64,000 nt of DNA from positions 2,624,001 to 2,688,000 of the forward strand of contig OZ219747.1 in assembly GCA_964291265.2 (NCBI GenBank), given 5' to 3'. The notes beneath the pieces are model-generated. The model worked only from the letters and a program-made list of their open reading frames with translations, ran no database searches and was not told where the DNA came from. Positions within the stretch are counted from its first letter, which is position 1; each line of letters begins with the position of its first letter. Below, piece by piece: positions 33,534-43,872 of the stretch. Origin of the DNA: Alphaproteobacteria bacterium (GTDB lineage Bacteria > Pseudomonadota > Alphaproteobacteria > SP197). A program made the translations under genes and the position numbers.

Positions 33534-34292
33534 GTGACACGCGGCATGGATGACAAGGTGGCCCTCGTGACCGGGGGTGGATCGGGGATAGGCGAGGCGG
33601 CTGCACAGCGTCTGGCGGGCGAGGGCGCCAGGGTCTTCATCGTCGGACGCCGCCTGGAGCGGCTCACGGCTGTCGCCGACCGTATAGGGGCCACAGGCGG
33701 CATCATCAAGTGCTGCTCCGTCGATCTCTCCACGAGAACCGGCGGCAGCGAGGCCGTTGCCGCGGCAGTCGCCTGGGGAGGCCGGCTCGATATTCTCGTC
33801 AACGCTGCCGGCACCTTTCCGGCGACGCCTGTCGACAATCTCGACGATGACGACTGGGAGGATGCGCTTGCCATCAATCTTGGCGCCGTCATGAGGACAT
33901 CGCGGGCCGCTGCACGAACGATGTCTGCAAGCGGTGGAGCGATTGTCAACGTCGCGTCGGTCAATGCCGTCATGGGGGACAAGGTCTCGGTCTGCAGCGC
34001 CTACAGCGCTGCCAAGTCGGGACAACTGGGTCTCACGATGCAGTTTGCCGCCGAACTCGCGCCTCGCATCCGGGTGAATGCCATCCTGCCCGGGCCGGTG
34101 GCGACACCCACGCTCGAAGGGTGGCTCGACGATCCAGAGGAGCGCCGCACCTGGCTGGAACGATTCGTTCCTCTCAACCGTCTGGGGGATCCTGCGGAGA
34201 TAGCCGCAGCGGTGGCCTTTCTCGTTTCGGATGACGGCGCCTACATCACCGGTGCCGTCCTCCCCGTCGACGGAGACATGACCATTGTCTGA
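33534..34292 (+). CDS. SDR-family oxidoreductase
   Basis: TGGGSGIG, YSAAK, NAILPG. Confidence 0.9.
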   Translation: MTRGMDDKVALVTGGGSGIGEAAAQRLAGEGARVFIVGRRLERLTAVADRIGATGGIIKCCSVDLSTRTGGSEAVAAAVAWGGRLDILVNAAGTFPATPVDNLDDDDWEDALAINLGAVMRTSRAAARTMSASGGAIVNVASVNAVMGDKVSVCSAYSAAKSGQLGLTMQFAAELAPRIRVNAILPGPVATPTLEGWLDDPEERRTWLERFVPLNRLGDPAEIAAAVAFLVSDDGAYITGAVLPVDGDMTIV

Positions 34293-34965
34293 AGACAAGA
34301 CCACGTTCCTTGTGCGCGATGATCTGGTGGCGCCTGGCGCTCCGTGGTCCGGCATCGTGCGTCGTGGCGAGGTGCTGCGGATCATCGATCTGGAGGGTCG
34401 CCAGGGGGTCGACTTCCTGTGCTACAATGCGGCTGATCCGGCGGAGCGCTATCACGCGCCCAACACCGTCAAGAAGAGCGGAACGCTGCGGCTGACCCAA
34501 GGTCATGTGCTCTATTCCGATCGGGCACGTCCGCTCTTCACCGTCGTTGCCGACACCTGCGGCTATCACGACACCATCGCCGGCTGCTGCAGCGAATCCT
34601 CCAACGCGATGCTTTACGGTGTGAGAGGCATGCCCGGGTGCCGGGAGAACTTCCTGAAGGCGTTGGCGCCACACGGCCTGGGCTGGCGGGACATCGTTTC
34701 CAACGTGAACTTCTTCTGCCACGTTCCCGTCAGCGACGAGTTCCTGCTGGCGGAACGCACCTTCGTCGACAGCCCGTCCGCACCGGGCGACCGGGTTGAT
34801 CTCAGGGCCGAGCGTGATGTTCTCGCCGTGATCTCCAATTGTCCGCAGGTCAACAACGCGGCGGCCGGCGGCCGGCCGACACCGATTCGCGTCCGGATCA
34901 TCGCTTGCCGACAGGGTGATGCGTGGCATCATGACGCACCGGAACTTGCCGGGAATCAGCCATGA
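34285..34965 (+). CDS. DUF1989 urea carboxylase-associated protein
   Basis: LRIIDLEG.Q.VDF, HDTIAGCC, GCRENF, SNCPQVNN. Confidence 0.85.
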   Translation: MSEDKTTFLVRDDLVAPGAPWSGIVRRGEVLRIIDLEGRQGVDFLCYNAADPAERYHAPNTVKKSGTLRLTQGHVLYSDRARPLFTVVADTCGYHDTIAGCCSESSNAMLYGVRGMPGCRENFLKALAPHGLGWRDIVSNVNFFCHVPVSDEFLLAERTFVDSPSAPGDRVDLRAERDVLAVISNCPQVNNAAAGGRPTPIRVRIIACRQGDAWHHDAPELAGNQP

Positions 34966-35744
34966 CCTTCCGCATTGCCGACACCTGGTTCGAGCGCCGA
35001 CGGATTGATGATGACATCACGCTCGTCTTCGAGCCCCATGTCGACCCGCTGGGGCGTTGCAACATCTGGCACGTCCGCGGATCCGAGGCCGATCTCCTGG
35101 TCGATACGGGCATGGGCATTGCCGAACTCAAGCCGGCAATTGCCGATCTCTTCGGACATGCCGTCATTGCCTTTGCCACGCACACGCACTTCGATCATGT
35201 CGGCGGACTCCACGAGTTCTCCCATCGCGTGGTGTCGCGCCAGGAGGCCGCCAGCATGGAGGACGGCGACAACCGATTCTCCCTCTTCAAGGAAGACATG
35301 GAACCGGATGTCGTGGATTGCCTGGAGAATGCGGGCTACGCACTGCCGGAATGCCTCATCGATGCGCTTCCCCATGCCGGTTACGATGCCAGGGCCTACC
35401 GGGTCGCACCGGCACGACCAACCCGCATCGTTGATGAGGGAGACGTGGTCTCCATCGGCAACCGGCATTTCGAGGTGCTGCACCTTCCCGGCCATTCCCC
35501 GGGCAGTGTCGGCTTGTGGGAGGAGCGGACGGGGACTCTCTTTTCGGGTGACGCGGTCTATGATGGACCGCTTCTCGACCAGTTGCCGGAATCCGATGTG
35601 ACCGCCTATTGCCGGACCATGGAGCGACTGATGACACTGCCCGTGTCGGTCGTTCATGCGGGCCACGAACCAAGCTTCGGCAGGGAACGTCTTGTCGAGC
35701 TGACCCGTGCCTACCTTGACTCGCGGATGCACCGGGGGGCGTGA
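34962..35744 (+). CDS. Metallo-beta-lactamase-fold hydrolase
   Basis: THTHFDHVGG, PGHSPG, FSGD, AGH. Confidence 0.9.
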   Translation: MTFRIADTWFERRRIDDDITLVFEPHVDPLGRCNIWHVRGSEADLLVDTGMGIAELKPAIADLFGHAVIAFATHTHFDHVGGLHEFSHRVVSRQEAASMEDGDNRFSLFKEDMEPDVVDCLENAGYALPECLIDALPHAGYDARAYRVAPARPTRIVDEGDVVSIGNRHFEVLHLPGHSPGSVGLWEERTGTLFSGDAVYDGPLLDQLPESDVTAYCRTMERLMTLPVSVVHAGHEPSFGRERLVELTRAYLDSRMHRGA

Positions 35745-35748
35745 AGCC

Positions 35749-37398
35749 ATGGACGGCTACTTCGATCTCGGTGCATTCCACATGCCGATCACCACAACCT
35801 CCGAAGAGGCCCAGACCTGGTTCGACCGCGGCCTTGCCTGGTGTTACGGCTTCAACCACGAAGAGGCGCTCCTTTGCTTCCGCAAGGCGCTTGAACACGA
35901 TCCCGATTGCGCCATGGCGCACTGGGGTGTCGCCTTTGCCAGTGGACCGAACTACAACAAGCTGTGGGCGGACTTCGGTGACGCCGAGCGTGAGGAGTGC
36001 GTGGCCCGGGCACGCGCCGCGAGTCGCAGGGCCCTTGTCTGCGCGACCGCTGCGAGCGATGTCGAGAAGGGGCTTGCCGCGGCGCTCGTGGCGCGGTTTC
36101 CCGATGACCCGGCAGATGACTGGCCATCCTGGGACGACGCCTATGCGGCGGCCATGCGAGAGGTCCATCGCCCGCACGCGGACCATCCGGATGTCTGTGC
36201 GCTCCTTGCCGATGCCCTCATGAACCGGACCCCCTGGAAACTCTGGGATCTCGAGACCGGCGAGCCGGCGGCGGATTCGGACACCCTCGAGGCCATCGAG
36301 GTGCTCGAGACGGCGCTCGCCAGGATAGATGGCGCCTGGCGCCATCCGGGGATCCTCCACATGCACATCCATGTCATGGAGATGTCTCCGCATCCCGAAA
36401 GGGCTCTCAGGACGGCCGACGCCCTCCATGGCCTCACCCCCGATTCAGGCCACCTCAACCACATGCCGACCCATATTGACGTGCTGTGTGGCGACTATCA
36501 GACCGTGGTCGAGCGCAACCAGCGGGCGATCATCGCCGATCGCGCCTACGTGGAGCGGCGCGGGGTCTTCAACTTCTACTCGGGCTACCGCGCCCACGAC
36601 TATCATTTCAAGGCCTATGGAGCGATGTTTCTGGGACAACTCCAACCGGCGATCGAAGCCGCGGAGGAGATGGTCTCGACCTTGCCCGCGGAGCTTCTCG
36701 CCTCGGGCGATCCGCCCCTTGCCGACTGGCTGGAGGGATATGTTCCGATAAGGCAGCACGTGCTCATTCGTTTCGGGCGCTGGCAGGACATTCTCGACGA
36801 CCCCCTGCCCGACGATCAGGCTCTCTACTGCGTCACCACCGCGACCATGCGCTACGCTCGTGGCGTGGCCCTTTCGGCCACGGGCCGGGTCGATGAGGCG
36901 GAGGTCGAACAGCAGCGGTTTCTCGAAGCGCGGGACCGGGTGCCGGACACCCGCAAGCAGTTTCACAACACGTGCCTCAGCGTTCTCCAGGTCGCCGGCG
37001 AAATGCTCTCCGGTGAGCTCGAGTACCGCAAGGGCAATCTCGATGCGGCCTTCGCCCACCTGAGGCGTTCCGTCGTTCTCGACGACACCCTCGAATACGA
37101 TGAGCCGTGGGCATGGATGCAGCCCACCCGTCATGCACTGGGAGCCCTGTTGCTCGAACAGGGCGAGGTGGATGAGGCCGAGGCGATCTACCGCGCCGAC
37201 CTCGGTCTCGACGACAGCCTGCGCCGGCCCTGTCAGCACCCTGACAACGTGTGGAGCCTGCACGGCCTCCACGAGTGCCTCTCGCACCGCGGCGAGACCG
37301 TTGAACTCCGCCACGTCAGGAGACGCCTCGATCGCGCCATGGCCCGCGCCGACGTCAACATCAGAGCCTCCTGCTACTGCCGCCTGGCGGACCCCTGA
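35749..37398 (+). CDS. TPR-containing conserved protein
   Basis: AQ.WFDRGL...YGFNHEEA, GHLNHMP.H, YDEPW.WMQP.RH. Confidence 0.75.
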   Translation: MDGYFDLGAFHMPITTTSEEAQTWFDRGLAWCYGFNHEEALLCFRKALEHDPDCAMAHWGVAFASGPNYNKLWADFGDAEREECVARARAASRRALVCATAASDVEKGLAAALVARFPDDPADDWPSWDDAYAAAMREVHRPHADHPDVCALLADALMNRTPWKLWDLETGEPAADSDTLEAIEVLETALARIDGAWRHPGILHMHIHVMEMSPHPERALRTADALHGLTPDSGHLNHMPTHIDVLCGDYQTVVERNQRAIIADRAYVERRGVFNFYSGYRAHDYHFKAYGAMFLGQLQPAIEAAEEMVSTLPAELLASGDPPLADWLEGYVPIRQHVLIRFGRWQDILDDPLPDDQALYCVTTATMRYARGVALSATGRVDEAEVEQQRFLEARDRVPDTRKQFHNTCLSVLQVAGEMLSGELEYRKGNLDAAFAHLRRSVVLDDTLEYDEPWAWMQPTRHALGALLLEQGEVDEAEAIYRADLGLDDSLRRPCQHPDNVWSLHGLHECLSHRGETVELRHVRRRLDRAMARADVNIRASCYCRLADP

Positions 37399-37775
37399 AG
37401 CGGGGCTCTCCTGACCGAGGGATACCGTTTGAGTCTTTCCTGACAGCACCGCATCGCAAGGGAATCCGATCAGGTTGCGATACAGTCTGCAGCGTTGAAG
37501 TGGTTCCGGGATCTCCGCCGGGCCGTTCAATCGGACATGCTCAGCTCGCCGCTCATGAGGCCGTACATGGTGGTCCATGACCTCGGAGTTGCCCACGTCC
37601 GGTTGACCCGAACCCGCTCATCCGGTCATCGGCAGCGGGCGAGTGACGGTGACAGGAGAAGAGCTCAGACCCGAACGCCGTCAGGCCAAGCGATCATCAA
37701 TGATCAGTCGGGGTGAGCAGCCATCAGCATTCAAGAGTAACTGGAAGCGGGCGGTTCCGTCCAAGCGCTCAGCAG

Positions 37776-38571
37776 TCAGCCTCGATAGGGCACCTTGATG
37801 TTTTGCGCCTCCCCGGTCAGCAACAACCGCGCCCATCTTGACTTGCGGTACAGTCTGATGAGTTCGTTGGCCTTCCAATGCTTCCGGCCCCGTACATTTC
37901 GCAGAAGGTACTGGTTCATCGGGCTTTCCGTATCGGAGTCCTTGAGATTGTGAGGCGGATGCCTTATAGCACCCGGAAGCATCTGGAGCGGCCGTGCCCA
38001 GCGGGCCAGGCCAGACTCCACCATGTTGAACAGCACGACATCTATCGGCATCGACAATCCGATTTCGAGAATCCGTTCGGCCGTGGCGCGGTCGATCAGG
38101 TATCCGTAGGCCCCCCCCCCCCCCCACCTTTGCGCCTTCTATCGGGCGAAGCGCACGCCCGTCAGGCGTATGGCCCACGGGCTGGCCGAGACAGTACCCC
38201 CGGTCCTGCCTCAGAGCACTCGACACGTTCACGACGCCGTGGCCGCGCGGCCACCATTCAATGGCGTCAAGAAGCAGCGGGACGGACGCGCCGATCTCGG
38301 CATCATCTTCAAGAATCAGTGCCGCTCGGGCCGAGGTGGCAAGGAGTTCTTCATATGCCTTGTGGTGGCTCAACGCGCACCCGACATGGCCCGGTCCCAT
38401 GATATGGAGTGCGTCGTGGTGGTCGTTGGTCAGAAAGCGTCCATCTATGGCAGCGACCCGCGTTGCAGGGAGGCCAATGCGGTCGAGATTCGCCGATATT
38501 GTCTGCCACCTGTCCGGGCGACGGTCCAGATTAATGACGTATACCGGCAACGGCATGGACATGGACTGCAT
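37776..38571 (-). pseudogene. Glycosyltransferase family 25, out of frame at a G15 tract
   Basis: YVINLDRRPDR, GCALSH, LILEDD, then AYGYLID...MPID in a second frame after the tract. Confidence 0.8.
38111..38125. repeat. C15/G15 homopolymer tract
   Basis: 15 consecutive C on + strand. Confidence 0.95.
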
Positions 38572-38741
38572 TCGCCACTCGACGCACCATCCGGCACTGG
38601 GCCATTGCCATCGCACATGAGGTTGTCACGAGGCAAGCGTTCGGCCACGCGGTGTTTGGGAAAATGCCAGCACTGAACGAGTGCAGGCGAGTCCCGGGGC
38701 AGTGCATAGTTGCCACCGTCATCCGCATCATCGCACTTTGA

Positions 38742-38753
38742 CCGAACGCTTAC
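38742..38753 (-). mobile_element. Orphan IS66b-type terminal IR
   Basis: CCGAACGCTTAC is the reverse complement of GTAAGCGTTCGG; no transposase attached. Confidence 0.6.
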
Positions 38754-38827
38754 AATATGTCCATGCTGAGAACTTGGCTCATCTGTGCACTATTGCCTTC
38801 ATTCAAGGAATCTAGACAGGCCGTTGT

Positions 38828-38863
38828 GTATTCGGGGCGTTCGCGCCCCGGCCTCATTGAAGC
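38828..38863 (+). CRISPR. Solitary CRISPR-like repeat (resembles type I-G/I-U repeats); no array
   Basis: 36 nt GTATTCGGGGCGTTCGCGCCCCGGCCTCATTGAAGC with hairpin CGGGGCG/CGCCCCG and 3' ATTGAAGC. Confidence 0.6.
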
Positions 38864-39382
38864 GATCCCTTTCTTGCCTACTGGAGCAAACCCGCTGGTG
38901 CGCTGCCGCTCCGCAAGGGGGAGAACAGGATTCAACGGGACATGCCTGCCGATTCAAGGCGCCAGCCAAGGGCAAGCGATATCGACTGGGCGGTCTCCAG
39001 CAGTTTCTCGAGGAGTTGATTGCGCTTTTCGTTGCTTGTCATCGTCGACTTTCTTGTGACGAAACACACGCATGCGACAACCTCGCCTCTGCGGTCGAAG
39101 ACAGGAGCAGCGTAAGCGTTCGGCCGTTCGGTGATGGCTGATTTTGGTTGGTTTGGGTCTTGCTGACTATCGTCTGAGAAAGAGCTGGTAAACTCGTTTG
39201 GTCTCGATTATGGTCGAGGCCATGAAGACTTTTGCCGAGACGCGCGGAGCGACACAGCAGCTGACGGGAGGTGGTGACGGCCTATGTCGGGCGTCAGTGG
39301 CCTTGTCATGCGAGGCGCCTGACTGGCGTGCGCTCTATGAGGCGGAGCGGGTTCGTGCGGATGCGGCGGAAGCGCGTATGCG

Positions 39383-40037
39383 GTGTGCCAGGCGAACTGG
39401 CGGAAGGTAGGGGGTGAAAGTCCCCTGGAACGAAGGAGTAACCAAACCACGTTTCTCCGCGAGCCGTGCGTCGGTTCCCGCGAGGGGGCAGGCGAAGCGT
39501 CGGTAGCGGTACGGATGGGCAGGGCTAATGAGCACCGAAAAAGCTATCATCCGGGGTGCCGAGGCTTTCGCATTGGTCGAAGGCAACATCGCAGGCATCG
39601 ATTTGGTGAGATGTCGGCGAGCGGTGTCAGAGAACCCATGCACGTCCGCACGCCTTCTGTTGGGACCCTGGGAGATCTTCAAACCGTCCCGCCGGTTGTG
39701 GCGGGACCGCATGGGGAAGGAGAAAACCGAAGCCTATGATGTACGGTTTGAAGAAGTCGGATGAGGCCGTAGTACCTGTGAAGGCGGCGAACAAGGAAGC
39801 GTTAGCTTCTGCGGAGTCGCTGGAGGAAAGGGCCTCAACCAAGGGGAATCCGGGACGCTAAAGCACGCACCGAACGCAGTGTCGGGCAAGCGTGCCACAG
39901 GCGGCGGATCGGATACGGGAAGCCGCAGGCTAGTCCAGTGGTTTGCCGTCCAGTACCCGAGGTAGGAGCCGGATGGATTAACGTCCACGTCCGGATCTGC
40001 GCGGGGGGTGCGCAGCAATGCGCATCCCTACCGCGTC
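39383..40037 (+). ncRNA. ORF-less group II intron copy 1 (655 nt)
   Basis: 5' GTGTG; domain V GAGCCGGATG..ACGTCCGGATCT; domain VI ending CCCTACCGCGTC; 5-nt deletion relative to copies 2 and 3. Confidence 0.88.
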
Positions 40038-40821
40038 TGACCTGCGCCGTGCGAAGAATTCTGCCCGTGCCCGTGCGGGCACATTCAAGTTTCATCTCGA
40101 CCGCACTCGTGATCAGCTCAAGGAGGCTCGCCGGGAGGTGAAGCGTGGACAGGCCCGAGCGGAGGCGCTGGAGCAGGAAAGGGACGCTCTGAAGCTCAAG
40201 AACGCTGAACAGGCGAGCGAGCTGAGGAATCTCCGCGGGACGCGTGCCAAGCACGCGACGGCGCGCTTCGGGTCGAAGAGCGAGAAACGGAAGAAGAAGG
40301 AAGGCACCGGGAACAAGCGGGGTCAGCAACCCGGCAAGAGCGGCCACGGGCGCACTCCGCGTCCGAAGCTCAAGGAGAAGCACGAACGCCATGATCCACC
40401 GGCATCGCAGCGCACGTGCCCGTGTTGCGGCGAGCCCTATGTGGCCAACGGCAGCCACGAGACCTCGATCATGGAGGTCCATGTCAAGGCTCATATCCGG
40501 CGGATTGAACGTGGGCGTTGGCGCCGTGGTTGTCAGTGTTCGTCGGCGCCTGCGGAGATCATCGCGCCGCCACCTTTGCGCTTGCTTGCGAATACCCCCT
40601 TCGGCATCAGTGTCTGGGAATGCGTGCTCTATGAGCGCTTCGCCTGCTTGCGTCCCCTGCGCCGGGTCTCGCGATGGCTGGAAGACCAGGGACTGCCGAT
40701 GGCGCCGGGAACGATCGCTGGCGGCATGAAGAAGATGACGCCGATGTTCGCGCCTCTCGCTCAGGCCATCCTCGATCATCAGAACCGGCTGACGGTGCGC
40801 CACGGCGACGAGACCAGCTGG

Positions 40822-42740
40822 GTCGCGGTAGGGATGCGCATTGCTGCGCACCCCCCGCACAGATCCGGACATGGACGTTAATCCATCCGGCTCCTACCTC
40901 GGGTGCTTGACGGTAAACCGCTGGTCCGGCCATGGGTGGCGGATGGAGACGCGCGGCCAAAGAAGCTCGGTCATGCGCTCCAATCGCTTCCAGTCAAAGC
41001 AGTGGCGCTGGGAGCGGCGGCGGATCGCTCGCAGCCATAGGCGTTGCAGCCTTTGGCGGAACGTGCGCAGCCATCGGGTCGACCCCGGAACGGCGAAGTA
41101 GTTGGACCAGCCATTGACAACTCGCCCAAGCCACATGCCGACCTCCCATATGTCGTGATGCCGTCGATTGCGAAGCACCTCCTCGATGCGCGCCAGGGTC
41201 CTTGCGACCCGTTTTGCGACCGGCTTGCGACCAAGCCTGAAGCGTCCTCTCCGGGTCTCCGTGCAGAAGTGCGTGAAGCCCAGGAAGTCGAACGTCTCCG
41301 GCCTGCCCGCCCCGCGAGATCGCCGGTTCGCCTTGGCAAACCGTCCAAACTCAACGAGACGGGTCTTGTCCGGGTGAAGGGTGAGACCAAAGCGGTCCAG
41401 CCTCTCCCGAACGTCGCGAAGGTATGTCTCCGCATCCCGCTTATGCTGGAACCCGACCACAATATCGTCCGCGTAGCGGACAATGATCGCTTTACCGTTC
41501 GGAACCTTCGGACGCCATGCCTTGTGAAACCACAGATCGAGCACGTAGTGCAGAAACACGTTCGCCAGGCAGGGGCTGACAATGGCGCCCTGAGGCGTGC
41601 CCGCACCGGTGTCGCTCCATGATCCGTCGGTCATGACGCCAGCGTTCAGCCACTTGCGGATCAGACGGATCACCCGCCTGTCGCCAATGCGATGCTCCAG
41701 GAACTTGATCAACCAATCCCTCGGGATTGTGTCGAAGTACCCCTGAATGTCCGCGTCGACTATCCAGTTGACCTTGCGCCGCTCGATCCCGAACGCCAGG
41801 GCGTCGAGAGCGTCATGCGCCCCTCGGCCCGGTCGGAACCCGTAGCTGAAGCCAAGGAACTCCACCTCATAAATCGGTGTCAGGATCACATCCACAACCG
41901 CCTTCTGGACGATCTTGTCCTCCAGTGCGGCAATCCCGAGCGGTCGTGTCCCGCCGTCCGGCTTGGGTATCTCAACCCGCCGAACCGGCGGCGCCCGGTA
42001 CGCTCCCCCACGATGCAGGCGCGAGTGCAGATCAAGCAAGCGCTCGTCCAGACCCTCGCCATACGCCGCCCACGTCACGCCGTCGACACCTGCCGAGGCT
42101 TCCTTCTTCAAACCGAAGTAGGCCGCCCGGAGCGCGTCCGGCGTAATGTGATGGAAGAGTGCAGTGAGACGCTCCTTCGGGTTCCTCTCTGCAGCTTCCC
42201 GTATCCGGTCCGCCGCCTGTGGCACACTTGCCCGACACTGCGTTCGGTGCGTGCTTTGGCGTCCCGGATTCCCCTTGGTTGAGGCCCTTTCCTCCAGCGA
42301 CTCCGCAGAAGCTGACGCTCCCTTGTTCGCCGCCTTCACCGGTCTTACGGCCCCATCCGACTTCTTCAAACCGTTCCTCATAGGCTTCGGCTTTCTCCTT
42401 TCCCTACACGGTCCCGCCACGACAGGCGGGATAGTTCGAAGACCTCCCAGGGTCCCAACAGAAGGCGTGCGGACGTGCATGGGTTCTCCGACACCGCGGG
42501 GCTCGCCGACATCTCACCAAATCGATGCCTGCGATGTTGCCTTCGACCGATGCGAAAGCCTCGGCACCCCGAACAACGGACTTTTCGGTGCTCATTAGCC
42601 CTGCCCATCCGTACCGCTACCGACGCTTCGCCTGCCCCCTCGCGGGAACCGACGCACGGCTCGCGGAGAAACGTGGTTTGGTTACTCCTTCGTTTCAGGG
42701 GACTTTCACCCCCTACCTTCCGCCAGTTCGCCTGGCACAC
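40822..42740 (-). mobile_element. Full-length group II intron (1919 nt), antisense within IS66 transposase
   Basis: Begins GTGTGCCAGG, ends CCCTACCGCGAC; removal restores GAGACCAGCTGG|CGCATCCAG as seen in copies 2 and 3; EBS1 CGCATC pairs with IBS1 GATGCG. Confidence 0.95.
40894..42381 (-). CDS. ltrA: Group II intron reverse transcriptase/maturase (no endonuclease domain; resembles bacterial class E)
   Basis: GVDG, RPLGI...EDKIVQ, SYGFRPGR, GTPQG, RYADD, FDFLGF, domain X. Confidence 0.93.
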   Translation of the reverse strand: MRNGLKKSDGAVRPVKAANKGASASAESLEERASTKGNPGRQSTHRTQCRASVPQAADRIREAAERNPKERLTALFHHITPDALRAAYFGLKKEASAGVDGVTWAAYGEGLDERLLDLHSRLHRGGAYRAPPVRRVEIPKPDGGTRPLGIAALEDKIVQKAVVDVILTPIYEVEFLGFSYGFRPGRGAHDALDALAFGIERRKVNWIVDADIQGYFDTIPRDWLIKFLEHRIGDRRVIRLIRKWLNAGVMTDGSWSDTGAGTPQGAIVSPCLANVFLHYVLDLWFHKAWRPKVPNGKAIIVRYADDIVVGFQHKRDAETYLRDVRERLDRFGLTLHPDKTRLVEFGRFAKANRRSRGAGRPETFDFLGFTHFCTETRRGRFRLGRKPVAKRVARTLARIEEVLRNRRHHDIWEVGMWLGRVVNGWSNYFAVPGSTRWLRTFRQRLQRLWLRAIRRRSQRHCFDWKRLERMTELLWPRVSIRHPWPDQRFTVKHPR

Positions 42741-43564
42741 CGCATCCAGTCCCTCAAGGCCTCGGGGCGCTCGCAGAAGGCCTGGCTGTGGACCGCGGTC
42801 AGCGCCGACTCCGTCTTCTTCTTCATCGATCCGTCACGCAGCACCCGGGTGGCCATGGTGCTGTTCGCCTCCACCGAAGGCACCGTCTTCCTTGTCTGCG
42901 ATCGCTAAGCGGTCTACAGGAAACTGGAGCGTGAGCTTGATGGCAAGGTGATCCTCTGCCTTTGCTGGGCGCACTCCAGGCGCGATGTGATCGAGGCTGC
43001 GGCAGGCCAAGAGGGGCTGGAAGAGTGGTGCGACAAGTGGCTCGACAGGATCGCGCTGATCTACACACTGAATGGGCAACGGCTGAAGCACTACGATCCC
43101 GCACGCAAGCGTCAGTCAGCGAGGTTCAATGCCCTGCAGAAGGACCTTCGTGCGGCTGTCGAGGCGCTGTTCAGGCAGGCTCAGGAGGAACTCGACGCCT
43201 TGCCCGAGGGTGCACGCGAAGCGAAGCCCTTGCGTTCCCTGATCCGTCACCGCGAGGGACTGTGCGTCTTTGTCGACCATCCCCAGGTGCCCATGGACAA
43301 CAACTTTGCCGAGAGAGCCCTCCGGGGTGCGGTGACCGCGAGAAAGCTGAGCTTCGGCTCCGACAGCGAGGAAGGCGCCGCCTTCACCGCCATCATGTAC
43401 TCGGTCATCGGCACCCTTGCCATGAACAACATCAATGTTCGGCGCTGGCTTCATGAGTGGCTTGAGGCCTGCGCGCAGAACGGCGGCAAGCCGCCGGATG
43501 ACCTCGACCCGTGGCTGCCATGGTCGATGACCCCGGAGCGTCGAAGGGACCTCATGGAACCGGG

Positions 43565-43872
43565 GTGATCGAGTGCCGTTACGACGGCCGTGACTTCACC
43601 GCGCACGAGATGGCGCTGTTGCGCTCCCTGATCACCCAGCACCCCACCCGTGCGGCCATCGCCCGCGCCTTCTGCCGCGAGACCGGCTGATACAAGCCCG
43701 ACGGGGCCTCAAGAACATGATGGCGAATGTCGCCTTTCTGGCCATGCACCGCGACGGCCTCATCACCCTGCCGCCACCCCAACGACGAGCAACCCGACCC
43801 GGACCCATCGTCTTCGGACCCAACAGCGAACCGCCACGTGGTGCGCCTCCCAAACGCATCCTCAACCGGTGA
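43565..43872 (+). pseudogene. DUF4338 passenger gene remnant of IS66b copy 1
   Basis: RY.GR.F...E..L.R.LI...PTR..I...FC....GGLK.M...AFL.MHRDGLITLP; internally deleted, with a stop. Confidence 0.6.

Larger units (their letters stand above)
39210..43568 (+). pseudogene. IS66 transposase copy 1, interrupted by two introns and a TAA at 42906-42908
   Basis: Collinear with copy 3; HGDETSW split by the antisense intron; CDR-TAA where copies 2 and 3 read CDRY. Confidence 0.85.

Noticed and set aside
16438-38753. Confirmed 22-kb composite transposon
   Set aside because: IR-like ends exist but flanks GCATGGTT and AATATGTC do not form a TSD; kept only as a hypothesis
40894-42381. RT as a retron, DGR or CRISPR-associated RT
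   Set aside because: Flanked by group II intron 5' end and domains V/VI with precise exon junctions; no template/variable repeat pair seen
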